This document shows, one piece after another, positions 21,885 to 32,014 of a DNA stretch of 64,000 bases. Under the pieces are notes generated by a model. It was not told the DNA's origin and did no database searches. It saw only the letters and a program-made list of their open reading frames with translations. Position 1 is the first letter of the stretch. Each line of letters opens with the position of its first letter. This stretch comes from Leptolyngbyaceae cyanobacterium (GTDB lineage Bacteria; Cyanobacteriota; Cyanobacteriia; Phormidesmidales; Phormidesmidaceae), in the NCBI GenBank assembly GCA_965263355.1, contig CBDHHL010000056.1, forward strand, positions 2,208,001 to 2,272,000, given 5' to 3'. The position numbers were made by a program, and so were the translations under genes.

Positions 21885-22037
21885 ATATGGGCATCCTACC
21901 CTTGGTTTGAAGAACGATCATACCCATGCAAATGCCCCTTACCTATGAGGACATTTGCTATAGAGCCTATACTGGGATTTGCAGCATTAGATAATAGTGC
22001 TGTACTCAATGTCATTATTCTTTTTGTATCTGCGCGA

Positions 22038-23234
22038 ATGGTTAACGCAAGTGGTCATATTGAACAGCAGCTATCTAAACTTCAGAGGCAAACTGCTGAC
22101 ATTGCCACCGAGCTTGAAACCTTAGTCGATAAATATCTGCAAGTTCTAAGCGAAGCTAGCAAACGTCAGTTAGTTTTAGCGGCCTATCACATTTGCACGC
22201 AGGTTTACCCTGAAAATTTCTTAGAACTGAGCTTTTCACAACGGGATCGTTTACAGAAAAAACTGCGTGACCTGGGTAATCGTATCCAAGGACAGCTCAA
22301 TGACAAGTGGGAAACAGCTAAACGTCTCAGCTTACAACCAACTGAAGAAGACGGCCTAGCGGTTATCCGACAGCTTTTTCTGGAAGCAGCTTCAGTCAGA
22401 GAGCAACCTGAAAGGGAAAGCTCTAATGCCGAGCGCCAAAGTAGCATTAGTCCTGGCAATGAATCTGTTGATGATAGTCGTAATGATTCGGACGTAACCT
22501 CTGAGCAGTCAATCTCTACACAACGCTCCCAGGAAAAATTATTGGCTGAAATTCGTACCCTAATGGGTAGTGAGCCGATGGAAATGGCGCAACCGGATCA
22601 TGAGCAAACTGGTCCAATGCAACCAGCACAGCTGATGCGACGGCAGATTTTAATTGAAAAGGCAATTCGAGATGTGCTTAAGGCAATCTCGGAAAATGCT
22701 AATGAAATTTTGCAAAAGGCAAATGTGATGCCAGAAATACCCCATGGCCTTTTAAAGGCGACGGCAGAATCAGAGCGCCTGGGCCATATCCCCATCAAAA
22801 CGCCTAACTTGGTCAAATTAGCCATCAAGATCTTGCATGAACCACCAAAAGATAGGTTCGAGAAAAATGATGATGCATCGGAACTAGAAGCAGACGAGAA
22901 AGCAGATCCTTGGCCTGATGCTGAACTTTCAGCCGCTATCATTGATGAGAATACTATCTCTGAGTCTGACGTTGATGACTTAGAGAATCAAACAGACAAT
23001 TCTACATCCATGCCTCGCTTGCTACATTTAGAATCTCTGCCAGATTTTGTCATGATCCACCTAAGGCTCTCAGAGATAGAATTTGCTGAGACTAATGTCG
23101 CTGTTTGGCGTAGCCGTATCCGCAAAAAAATGGCCCACCTAAAGCAAATTGGGCATGCCTATAAAGATGCGGAACGACAGCTTGCGATCGCACAAGCCGA
23201 AGACGCATGGAGATCCAGCTGGACCAACGAGTAA
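22038..23234 (+). CDS. Conserved cyanobacterial hypothetical protein upstream of recG
   Basis: YL..L....KRQLVLAAYHICTQVYPENFL.LS and HLRLSEIEFA...AEDAWRSSW blocks; start placed at 22038, after the tsf terminator. Confidence 0.8.
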   Translation: MVNASGHIEQQLSKLQRQTADIATELETLVDKYLQVLSEASKRQLVLAAYHICTQVYPENFLELSFSQRDRLQKKLRDLGNRIQGQLNDKWETAKRLSLQPTEEDGLAVIRQLFLEAASVREQPERESSNAERQSSISPGNESVDDSRNDSDVTSEQSISTQRSQEKLLAEIRTLMGSEPMEMAQPDHEQTGPMQPAQLMRRQILIEKAIRDVLKAISENANEILQKANVMPEIPHGLLKATAESERLGHIPIKTPNLVKLAIKILHEPPKDRFEKNDDASELEADEKADPWPDAELSAAIIDENTISESDVDDLENQTDNSTSMPRLLHLESLPDFVMIHLRLSEIEFAETNVAVWRSRIRKKMAHLKQIGHAYKDAERQLAIAQAEDAWRSSWTNE

Positions 23235-25729
23235 TGGCTAATCAGCCTGACTGGATCCGGCTGCAAAAGGCACTCAGTGTCGAAGCAGACACTGGATTTA
23301 ACGATTTGCAGGGCCACCAAAAACGATTTAGCGAATTTTTACGGGATAACTTACGCAGAGCACCCAGCAGCCTCACACCCATGGAGCAAGAACGCTGGCG
23401 TGATCTAGCTGATGACTTTGATAAATATAGCGCCCTCACATTTGCCCAGCGACAGCATCTAGTCGCCAATACCCGACGTTTTTTACAGCAAAGTCGTCAA
23501 CTATTGGACAACCCCACCCCCAAAGTCAGTGAAGCACCGGATAGTTCTCAATCTTCAACATCAAAAGCCGCCCACCGCCCTAAAACCAAATCCTTAATCG
23601 CGAAGACCCCAACCCCAACACAATCGGGTCACCCCCTGGATCAGGCCATCACCTATCTCAAAGGCATGGGCCCAAAAAATAGCGAACGTTTGGCCAAGCT
23701 GGGTTTGTATACCGTCCGAGATGTACTGTTTTACTACCCTCGTGACCATCTGGACTATGCTCGTCAGGTCAAAATTCGCGATTTAACCCCTGGGGACACG
23801 GTCACTGTCGTTGGTACTGTGCGTTGTTGCAATTGTTTCAATAGCCCTCGCAATAGTAAGCTCGCTATTTTTGAACTGAGTCTCTATGACAGGACTGGCA
23901 ACTTAAAGATTAGCCGTTTCTTTGCCGGGGCACGCTTTCGTAACCGAAGTTGGCAAGAACGCCAAAAACGTCTTTATCCGATTGGCGCTACCTTAGCCGC
24001 CTCAGGGTTAGTCAAAAAAGGCAAATATGGCATCACGTTGGATGATCCTGACCTTGAGGTTTTAGGAGATGCTCAGGAAGCGATTGACTCGGATACTGTA
24101 GGTCGCGTGGTGCCGGTCTATCCCCTGACCGAGGGAGTACCTGCGCCCCTTGTGCGTAAAGCAGTTGTCGCAGCGTTACCAGCTGCCATAGAAATCAGAG
24201 ATCCGTTTCCCACTGTCATTAGGGAGCAACATGGCCTGATTCAGCTGCCAGTGGCCATTGCTCACATCCACTTTCCCCCTGACAGCGAGGCCCTTGCCAT
24301 CGCCCGCCGTCGTCTAGTTTTTGATGAGTTTTTTTATTTGCAGCTGGGTCTGTTATCTCGCCGAAAACAGCAGCAGGCACAGACTCATATTCATATGGCC
24401 CCGACGGGAGAATTGATTGACCAGTTCTATGAGTTATTACCCTTTAGCTTGACCAGTGCCCAGACTCGAGTCGTGCAGGAAATTTTAGTGGACTTGCAGC
24501 AGGCCACCCCCATGAACCGCCTGGTGCAGGGAGACGTCGGTTCTGGCAAAACCGTTGTCGCGGTTGTGGCGATTCTCGCAGCTATTCAAGCAGGCTATCA
24601 AGCGGCTCTGATGGCACCCACCGAAGTGCTAGCAGAACAGCATTATCGCAAACTAGTCGAGTGGTTTACTTTACTACACTTACCAGTAGACCTCCTGACA
24701 GGCTCTACCAAAACCGCTAAACGCCGAGAAATTCATTCTCAGTTAGCTACTGGAGAGCTGCCTATCTTGGTGGGCACCCATGCGCTGATCGAAGACCCCG
24801 TAAAGTTTAATCATTTGGGGCTGGTGACCATTGATGAACAGCATCGGTTTGGTGTGGCTCAGCGGGCTAAATTGCAACAAAAAGGAGATAATCCCCACAT
24901 CCTGACTCTGACAGCGACACCGATTCCTCGCACCTTAGCCCTGACGCTGCACGGGGATCTAGATGTCAGTCAAATTGACGAGTTACCACCAGGACGAAAA
25001 CCAATTCAAACTACGCTGTTAACGGGGCGAGATCGCAACCACGCCTACGACCTGATTCGACGGGAAATAGCCCAGGGCCGTCAGATATATATCGTGCTAC
25101 CTCTGGTCGATGAATCCGAGAAACTAGATCTGCGTTCTGCCATTGAAGAACACCAACGGCTAAGCGATGTGGTTTTTCCTGAGTTTAAGGTGGGATTACT
25201 CCATGGCCGTATGAGTTCTACCGATAAGGACACTGCCATCACCCAATTTCGTGATCGCCAAACCCAAATTTTGGTATCTACCACGGTTGTAGAAGTCGGG
25301 GTAGATGTCCCCAACGCCAGCGTTATGCTGATTGAACATGCTGAACGATTTGGTCTTTCCCAACTGCACCAGCTGCGGGGACGGGTGGGGCGGGGTACAG
25401 ATCAGTCCTATTGCCTGTTGATGAGCAGTAGCAAGAGTGACACAGCTTTGCAGCGTTTAAGGGTGTTAGAACAATCCCAGGACGGTTTCTTTATTGCTGA
25501 GATGGATTTACGATTTCGGGGGCCTGGTGAAGTGTTAGGTACCCGTCAATCGGGCTTACCAGACTTTGCTCTAGCCAGTCTGGTAAATGATCAGGAGGTA
25601 CTGGAACTGGCGCGAGGAGCAGCAGAGCAATTAATTGCACAAGACTCTAGTCTGGAAGAATGGCCATTAATTAAAAAGGAATTGAACCATCGTTATACGA
25701 AGCTAATGGGTGGGGCAATTTTCACCTGA
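23234..25729 (+). CDS. recG: ATP-dependent DNA helicase RecG
   Basis: MNRLVQGDVGSGKT, DEQHRFGV, TATPIPRTL, QLHQLRGRVGRG; ATG overlaps the upstream TAA. Confidence 0.98.
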   Translation: MANQPDWIRLQKALSVEADTGFNDLQGHQKRFSEFLRDNLRRAPSSLTPMEQERWRDLADDFDKYSALTFAQRQHLVANTRRFLQQSRQLLDNPTPKVSEAPDSSQSSTSKAAHRPKTKSLIAKTPTPTQSGHPLDQAITYLKGMGPKNSERLAKLGLYTVRDVLFYYPRDHLDYARQVKIRDLTPGDTVTVVGTVRCCNCFNSPRNSKLAIFELSLYDRTGNLKISRFFAGARFRNRSWQERQKRLYPIGATLAASGLVKKGKYGITLDDPDLEVLGDAQEAIDSDTVGRVVPVYPLTEGVPAPLVRKAVVAALPAAIEIRDPFPTVIREQHGLIQLPVAIAHIHFPPDSEALAIARRRLVFDEFFYLQLGLLSRRKQQQAQTHIHMAPTGELIDQFYELLPFSLTSAQTRVVQEILVDLQQATPMNRLVQGDVGSGKTVVAVVAILAAIQAGYQAALMAPTEVLAEQHYRKLVEWFTLLHLPVDLLTGSTKTAKRREIHSQLATGELPILVGTHALIEDPVKFNHLGLVTIDEQHRFGVAQRAKLQQKGDNPHILTLTATPIPRTLALTLHGDLDVSQIDELPPGRKPIQTTLLTGRDRNHAYDLIRREIAQGRQIYIVLPLVDESEKLDLRSAIEEHQRLSDVVFPEFKVGLLHGRMSSTDKDTAITQFRDRQTQILVSTTVVEVGVDVPNASVMLIEHAERFGLSQLHQLRGRVGRGTDQSYCLLMSSSKSDTALQRLRVLEQSQDGFFIAEMDLRFRGPGEVLGTRQSGLPDFALASLVNDQEVLELARGAAEQLIAQDSSLEEWPLIKKELNHRYTKLMGGAIFT

Positions 25730-25747
25730 CGGTGGACAGTGCCCACC

Positions 25748-25957
25748 TCACGATCGATTACCTGAAAATACAGTCAGCAAACTGGCGGTACCAATCATAC
25801 CAAAGGCCAAGCCAAACCCTAACCATAGGCCAAAAGGCAGGGGCACCGATCGAAATGCCAAAAATTTTAGGGACACCAGAGTGGCATTTTGGACTGAGAG
25901 GATTGCGATCGCAACCACTAAAAATGCCGGAATAACCACGAGAAAAAATTTAGTCAT
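25748..25957 (-). CDS. LapA/DUF1049 family small membrane protein
   Basis: IAILSVQNATLVSLKFL.FRSVPLPFG motif, two TM segments. Confidence 0.8.
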   Translation of the reverse strand: MTKFFLVVIPAFLVVAIAILSVQNATLVSLKFLAFRSVPLPFGLWLGFGLAFGMIGTASLLTVFSGNRS

Positions 25958-26294
25958 ACCTTGGACAAGCACCCTTGCCACTGATACAGCGCAATATTAA
26001 CTGAAGCATGATGCTAAGGATTTAAAGCAATTAAGCCTTCACCTAACGGCAAAGGCTTAATCACTTTTAGATTTCCAGTATAGAAAACGCTCGTATAGAA
26101 TGGCTAGCCAAATAACCCCTTAATGGATTTACCTAGCTAATAAGTAGGTTTCTGTATAAGTTGTTCGTATGAACTGTATTTAAATTAGCCTGCAGTTTTT
26201 AGAACGTCCATAAATACCGTATAAGTTCACTTGAAGAAATATTAAAGCGACGCCTATTCTAGATGGGTTTCCCGAGCCCAACTAATTTGAGTGC

Positions 26295-26452
26295 AAAAGA
26301 TACGCAGGGCACCGAGATTAGTCCCGACGCCCTGCGTAAATAACTAGTTCTGTATAAGGAAACTGCTAAAAAGTCAGTTGTAATAGAGTGTAGATTTAAG
26401 CTGCAAACGCAGTAGTCATAGGCGTTCTTTCGAACTATCCATAGACTACCCC
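26295..26452 (-). ncRNA. psrR1: Probable PsrR1 (SyR1) small RNA
   Basis: Minus strand CTATGGATAGTTCGAAAGAACGCCTATGACTACTGCGTTTG resembles the recalled PsrR1 core (CTATGGA...GA.AGAA..CTATGAC.AC.GC.TT) and ends in the hairpin TACGCAGGGC...GCCCTGCGTA-TCTTTT; 5' end approximate. Confidence 0.7.
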
Positions 26453-26586
26453 AGGTTTCTTAGCAATGAACATAAACCCCCCATGAAATTCAGTAAAACC
26501 ATCTTAAAGAACATCTAAGAATCTAGCTTTGGCAAAGCTTTGAGCAATTTACATAAACGCAAAACCTATACCTAAGTGAATCTCAC

Positions 26587-27474
26587 TTAACGATTTATTT
26601 CCAGATAAATGTGCTCTAGGGTCACCGGACTTCGGGCAATCGAATTAATCTGAATACCATCGAATTTTGCGAGTAGTTCTTTGAGTTCGAATCGCTCAGG
26701 CACCCAAAATGATAACTGCATATCGTAACGACGCATCGTAAAACCATGGTCGGCTGCCCTGGCAATGGCTAAAGCCTCATCTGGTGTTTGCACGGTGACC
26801 ACTTCCTGGGCTGGAATATTAGTTCGCAACTCAGCCAGGTTGCCTTGCGCTAGTAACCGTCCCTGATTGAGAAACCCGATGCGATCGCACAGTCGCTCCG
26901 CCTCGTCTAGTAAATGGGTCGTCAACAGCACCGTTATCCCCTGTTGCTTCAGTTGACGAATCAGCGTCCACACCTCGTAGCGCGATTCAATGTCTAATCC
27001 AGTCGTCGGTTCATCCAAAACCACCAACTTGGGCTGATGCACAATGGCCACGGCCAAGCTTAGTCGTCGCTGCATCCCACCGCTAAGAGCACCCACAATG
27101 CTATTGGCACGGTCCTGCAGGTTAACGGATTTGAGACAGGTTTGGATGCGTTGCGATCGCAGCGAGGCTTGAAGACCATAGATTTTGGCGAAGAACGCCA
27201 GATTTTCCCTACAGGTAAGACTCTGATACAACAGGTTTTGCTGCGGCATTACCCCCAAATAGGGTTTTGTCACTTCTGACGCAGAATAACCAGCAATCAA
27301 AACCTGTCCTACATCAGGCTGCAACAAGCCACTCAACAAATTAATAGTGGTAGTTTTTCCAGCTCCGTTAGGCCCTAGCAAACCATACACTTCACCTGGG
27401 AGCAACCTAAGGGTTAAATCTATTAGCGCCTGCCGCTGGCCAAAGGCTTTTGATAAATTCTGAATATCAAGCAC
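26587..27474 (-). CDS. ABC-2 type transporter ATP-binding protein
   Basis: GPNGAGKTT, LSGGMQRR, LDEPTTGLD, TTH. Confidence 0.95.
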   Translation of the reverse strand: MLDIQNLSKAFGQRQALIDLTLRLLPGEVYGLLGPNGAGKTTTINLLSGLLQPDVGQVLIAGYSASEVTKPYLGVMPQQNLLYQSLTCRENLAFFAKIYGLQASLRSQRIQTCLKSVNLQDRANSIVGALSGGMQRRLSLAVAIVHQPKLVVLDEPTTGLDIESRYEVWTLIRQLKQQGITVLLTTHLLDEAERLCDRIGFLNQGRLLAQGNLAELRTNIPAQEVVTVQTPDEALAIARAADHGFTMRRYDMQLSFWVPERFELKELLAKFDGIQINSIARSPVTLEHIYLEINR

Positions 27475-27595
27475 GCAGCCCGGATCTTGTACATCTTCAT
27501 GAGCCTATGGCATTAACACCATTAACGTAAAGACAAAGACAGATACGAGCACAAATGCTAATATTAAGCACGGTTCCCGGTTAAGCCGGAAACGA

Positions 27596-27669
27596 GGGCA
27601 TGTAGCTCAGCTGGATAGAGCACCAGATTCCGGTTCTGGCGGTCGGGGGTTCGAATCCCTCCATGCTCG
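27596..27669 (+). tRNA. tRNA-Arg (anticodon CCG)
   Basis: Acceptor GGGCATG/CATGCTC, D-arm GCTC..GAGC, anticodon arm CCAGA-TTCCGGT-TCTGG, T-loop GTTCGAATCC; CCA not encoded. Confidence 0.97.
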
Positions 27670-27937
27670 TTTTTGAGGTTTTGCAGTATAGATAGGCTGA
27701 AGACATCAGAAAAGTTTCTCAAATAAAAAATCCTTAAGTTTGCAAAAGCTCCACCCTAAACCTTATAAATTTAGTTAGTGAAGGCAATACCGCCAGTATT
27801 TAATCAAACTTTAGGTTTTACCCTTACCAATTACACTGTCATTCTGAATAAAAATCTGATACCACTTACACTCATAGATACAAACTCGTTAGATAATGCA
27901 ATAAATTAATCAACATTGCGTAACATTTGTCTCAATT

Positions 27938-28789
27938 TTGGCTGCACGCTTTCTGATCGGAATTTATACGGCTCAAGCCTCTATGGCTGAAGCTCTCAAG
28001 AAAACGCTTACCCATAGTCCATTTGCTATTAGTTGGAGCAAAACACAAGCAGAGTTTGTGCAATGGACCATTACCAATCGTCATCGAATTGATTGCTTGG
28101 TTGTGCAACCTGCCCAGGATGGCTTGAGTTTGCTACATGAGCTGTGGGAGCGTGATATTTTGCTACCTACGTTAATTATCTCAGCTCAGGACGCTACAAG
28201 TAATCAATTCGATTATCATGACGCCGTCATCCACGTCTCCTCAACACAGCTAGATACGATTGAAAGTCAAGTTCACGCAGCCATCACTCAGTTTTTACAG
28301 TTGCCAACCAACCCAAATACCATAGTTGCTAATGAAAATACTGAGACAGATAATCGTGATAGTCGCGTCTTTTTACTAAGTCTGCAACAGCAACGCTTGA
28401 CTGAAAAATTACAAGAACGCTTAGGTTATTTGGGTGTGTACTACAAGCGTAACTCTCAAAATTTTGTACGCAACATGACTGTGGAGGAGCGTCATGAGTT
28501 TTTAGACCAGCTGCGTCAAGACTATCGTCAGATCATCCTGAGCTATTTTTCATCGGATGATAAGAGCCTCAATCAGCGTATTGATGACTACGTGAACTTA
28601 GCTTTCTTTGCTGATGTATCTATATCTAAGGTTGTCGAAATTCATATGGAACTTATGGACCATTTCTCTAAACAACTTCATATGGAAGGGCGTAGTGAAG
28701 AAATTTTGCTGGACTACCGCTTAACCTTGATTGATGTGTTGGCTCATTTATGTGAAATGTATCGTCGGTCCATTCCCCGTGAAATGTAA
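27938..28789 (+). CDS. kaiA: Circadian clock protein KaiA
   Basis: ERLGYLGVYYKR, EGRSEEILLDYRLTLIDVLAHLCEMYRRSIP. Confidence 0.97.
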   Translation: MAARFLIGIYTAQASMAEALKKTLTHSPFAISWSKTQAEFVQWTITNRHRIDCLVVQPAQDGLSLLHELWERDILLPTLIISAQDATSNQFDYHDAVIHVSSTQLDTIESQVHAAITQFLQLPTNPNTIVANENTETDNRDSRVFLLSLQQQRLTEKLQERLGYLGVYYKRNSQNFVRNMTVEERHEFLDQLRQDYRQIILSYFSSDDKSLNQRIDDYVNLAFFADVSISKVVEIHMELMDHFSKQLHMEGRSEEILLDYRLTLIDVLAHLCEMYRRSIPREM

Positions 28790-28866
28790 TTACCGCCTTC
28801 CGTACTTACTAGAGCAATCTTTGGATGCCTACACACCACATTCGCCACACTTTCGGGAGCCTCTCA

Positions 28867-29169
28867 ATGGCCTATAAAAAGACCTACATTTTAAAACTTT
28901 ACGTCGCTGGCAATACTCCTAATTCCACTCGAGCACTAAAAATGCTCAATACAATCCTAGAAGAAGAATTTCAGGGTGTCTATGCATTGAAGGTTATTGA
29001 CGTTCTGCAAAATCCACAACTGGCTGAAGAAGATAAGATCCTGGCGACGCCTACCCTGGCCAAAATCTTGCCACCACCTGTGCGTAAAATCATCGGTGAT
29101 CTGTCTGATCGTGAGCGTGTCCTGATTGGGCTAGACTTACTCTATGATGAACTCAGTGATGACAACTAA
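28867..29169 (+). CDS. kaiB: Circadian clock protein KaiB
   Basis: [43 protein letters not shown]; start placed at the ATG at 28867. Confidence 0.98.
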   Translation: MAYKKTYILKLYVAGNTPNSTRALKMLNTILEEEFQGVYALKVIDVLQNPQLAEEDKILATPTLAKILPPPVRKIIGDLSDRERVLIGLDLLYDELSDDN

Positions 29170-29494
29170 TACGCTAGCAGCTGTGGAAATTTCAGTTCTG
29201 TCTGATATTTAGTTTGATTGGGTATTGTTTAGAAAATTGTTTCTACTCTCCAGACTGGAGAGTAGAAAAGGCTTTTATAAATAATCTCTAAGCCCGGTTA
29301 TTTATAAAAGCTCCAGAAGCCTGTGAATTGTCTACACCCAGAAAACCTTTAATTTCCACAGGATATATTGGCATCTAACTATTACTTATGCGTAGAATCA
29401 GCGATAGTGATTGCTCTGATTAACTTAACCTGCTGAAATATTAATAATATTCTTTTCTACCGTTGTATCTTTTTACAGGCCAATTTACCAAATC

Positions 29495-31051
29495 ATGAAT
29501 CAGTCTTCTCAAGGTGAAATCCCCTCGAATACTACCTTGGCGGGCGTTAGAAAAATTCGCACCATGATGGAAGGCTTTGATGACATTAGTCATGGTGGCC
29601 TTCCTGCTGGACGTTCCACACTGGTAAGTGGCACCTCAGGCACTGGTAAAACTCTGATCGCTGTCCAGTTTTTGTACAATGGCATTATCGATTTTGACGA
29701 GCCTGGCGTATTCATCACGTTTGAAGAATCCCCCGCTGACATTATTCAGAATGCATGCAGTTTTGGCTGGGACCTACAAAAGCTTATCGATGATGGCAAA
29801 CTATTCATACTAGATGCCTCTCCCGATCCAGAAGGCCAGGAAATCGTTGGTAATTTTGATCTTTCGGCCCTAATTGAACGAATTCAGTACGCTATTCGTA
29901 AGTACAAAGCTCGGAGAGTATCCATTGATTCCGTTACTGCTGTTTTCCAGCAGTACGATGCAGCTGGTGTAGTGAGACGGGAAATTTTTCGATTAGTTGC
30001 CCGTCTTAAGCAAATGGGTGTCACTACACTGATGTCAACTGAGCGGGTGGAAGAATACGGCCCAGTTGCTCGCTTTGGGGTAGAAGAATTTGTTTCAGAT
30101 AACGTCGTTATCGTGCGCAATGTGCTCGAAGGAGAACGACGACGGCGTACTATTGAAATCCTAAAACTACGGGGAACTACCCATATGAAAGGAGAATATC
30201 CTTTCACGATTACTCAGAACGGGATCAATATTTTCCCATTGGGGGCTATGCGACTGACTCAGCGCTCATCGAATGTGCGTGTATCGTCTGGTGTTACGGC
30301 CTTAGATGAGATGTGTGGCGGCGGCTTCTTTAAGGATTCGATTATCTTGGCCACTGGAGCAACGGGTACGGGCAAAACCTTATTGGTTAGTAAGTTTATC
30401 GAAAATGGCTGTAAAGCAAATGAACGAGCGATCTTATTTGCCTACGAAGAATCGCGAGCGCAACTATCGCGAAATGCCTATTCCTGGGGTATAGACTTTG
30501 AGGAACTAGAGCGAGCTGGGTTACTAAAAATTATTTGTGCTTATCCCGAGTCAGCTGGTCTAGAAGATCATCTGCAAATTATTAAGTCTGAAATCGCTCA
30601 ATTTAAGCCATCTCGGATTGCAATTGATTCTCTTTCAGCGCTGGACAGAGGCGTAAGTAATAATTCGTTCCGCCAATTTGTGATTGGTGTAACTGGCTAT
30701 GCCAAGCAGGAAGAAATCACGGGTTTCTTTACGAATACAACGGAACAATTTATGGGCTCCCATTCGATTACGGACTCCCATATTTCCACTATTACAGATA
30801 CTATTCTAATGCTGCAGTATGTGGAAATTCGTGGGCAAATGTCACGGGCGATCAATGTATTCAAGATGCGGGGCTCATGGCATGACAAGGCTATCCGTGA
30901 ATACACGATTAGCGCCAATGGCCCAGAAATCAAGGACTCTTTCCGTAATCTTGAACGCATCATTAGTGGTTCACCGACTAGGGTTTCTGTGGATGAAAAA
31001 AGCGAGCTGTCACGCATTATGAAAGGTGTACAGCCAAATGATTTAGAATAG
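29495..31051 (+). CDS. kaiC: Circadian clock protein KaiC
   Basis: Two RecA-like domains (GTSGTGKT, GATGTGKT) and the HISTITDT phosphosite motif. Confidence 0.99.
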   Translation: MNQSSQGEIPSNTTLAGVRKIRTMMEGFDDISHGGLPAGRSTLVSGTSGTGKTLIAVQFLYNGIIDFDEPGVFITFEESPADIIQNACSFGWDLQKLIDDGKLFILDASPDPEGQEIVGNFDLSALIERIQYAIRKYKARRVSIDSVTAVFQQYDAAGVVRREIFRLVARLKQMGVTTLMSTERVEEYGPVARFGVEEFVSDNVVIVRNVLEGERRRRTIEILKLRGTTHMKGEYPFTITQNGINIFPLGAMRLTQRSSNVRVSSGVTALDEMCGGGFFKDSIILATGATGTGKTLLVSKFIENGCKANERAILFAYEESRAQLSRNAYSWGIDFEELERAGLLKIICAYPESAGLEDHLQIIKSEIAQFKPSRIAIDSLSALDRGVSNNSFRQFVIGVTGYAKQEEITGFFTNTTEQFMGSHSITDSHISTITDTILMLQYVEIRGQMSRAINVFKMRGSWHDKAIREYTISANGPEIKDSFRNLERIISGSPTRVSVDEKSELSRIMKGVQPNDLE

Positions 31052-31081
31052 AGATAGAGTTGAGAGATGAGCTTGCTCTGG

Positions 31082-31852
31082 CTAGGGTTTGGTCCCTGTG
31101 ATCACCAATTTCTCATCTACAATTTCGATACTATCTAAGGTCAAGCCTTGTTGATTGAGCATGGAGTTAAGACGCTGCTCAATATCGCCTGCAGAAATAC
31201 CCATTTGGTCAGCAACATCGGCTAAAGGCAACGTAAATTGACCCAGCTTAAAACGCAAATCCTGGTCCAGGCTCAGTTTGCCATCTTGGATGTGAGGACG
31301 GGCAACCAACCCCACATAAATATCACGGTTGCTCAACATAGGAGCAACTGCTGTGAGCTGTTCTAGACCCGCTTGAATATCCGTAGGCAGACTTTCCCGA
31401 GGTAGTTCTGATAGGTTCAAGACTGCCCCCATTTCGATGAGATCGTTCCTGACCATAGTTCTTATAGAACTAGCATTTGCAAGGATTTGAGCGGCCTGTG
31501 GCTGACTTAGAATAGCATCATTAACAAATTGATTCAGCTGAGTTTCGTCTAAGGTAACGCTCACCTGACCATTTTCGCCAGCGATGTTAGTCAATTGCTG
31601 CTGAATAGTTATCTGCTCGGGCACAGACAATTGCGCGGTCGGTTCCATGCTTTGCCTTGGTTCAAAACGACTGAGCGGAGCTGGTTCGGAGAATGCTGAC
31701 GCACCGTCCATATCTGTTTGTCCATGTGCGTGATGTTCAACCTGCCCATCACGGGTTGGGATACTCGTTACGCTATACCAACCATAGGCAAAACTGCCAC
31801 CAGCTACTGCTGACACCACAACCAGGCTGATTAATAATGCTACTTTTCTCAT
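31082..31852 (-). CDS. Hypothetical protein with N-terminal membrane anchor
   Basis: 256-aa ORF; hydrophobic N-terminus followed by a soluble domain. Confidence 0.7.
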   Translation of the reverse strand: MRKVALLISLVVVSAVAGGSFAYGWYSVTSIPTRDGQVEHHAHGQTDMDGASAFSEPAPLSRFEPRQSMEPTAQLSVPEQITIQQQLTNIAGENGQVSVTLDETQLNQFVNDAILSQPQAAQILANASSIRTMVRNDLIEMGAVLNLSELPRESLPTDIQAGLEQLTAVAPMLSNRDIYVGLVARPHIQDGKLSLDQDLRFKLGQFTLPLADVADQMGISAGDIEQRLNSMLNQQGLTLDSIEIVDEKLVITGTKP

Positions 31853-32014
31853 GGTGTGGTGTGCCGTTGTAACTTACACTCAAATCTTCAACAGTGTAGC
31901 GTCTCTATCCGCTTAAGCAAGCGATATTAAGCCTAATCGCGATTGTTCCCAAGCCTTAAACTATTACCATAGGGAACACATTCCTCAGTTTTTAGCCCCA
32001 AACTCTGCATTGCA

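Noticed and set aside
21624..22037. N-terminal 138 codons of the 536-aa ORF
   Set aside because: Off-frame read of the tsf repeat that crosses the terminator; protein-like sequence begins at the ATG at 22038.
27596..27937. tRNA-Arg as an integration site for an island
   Set aside because: No integrase and no duplicated tRNA 3' end seen; kaiA follows directly.
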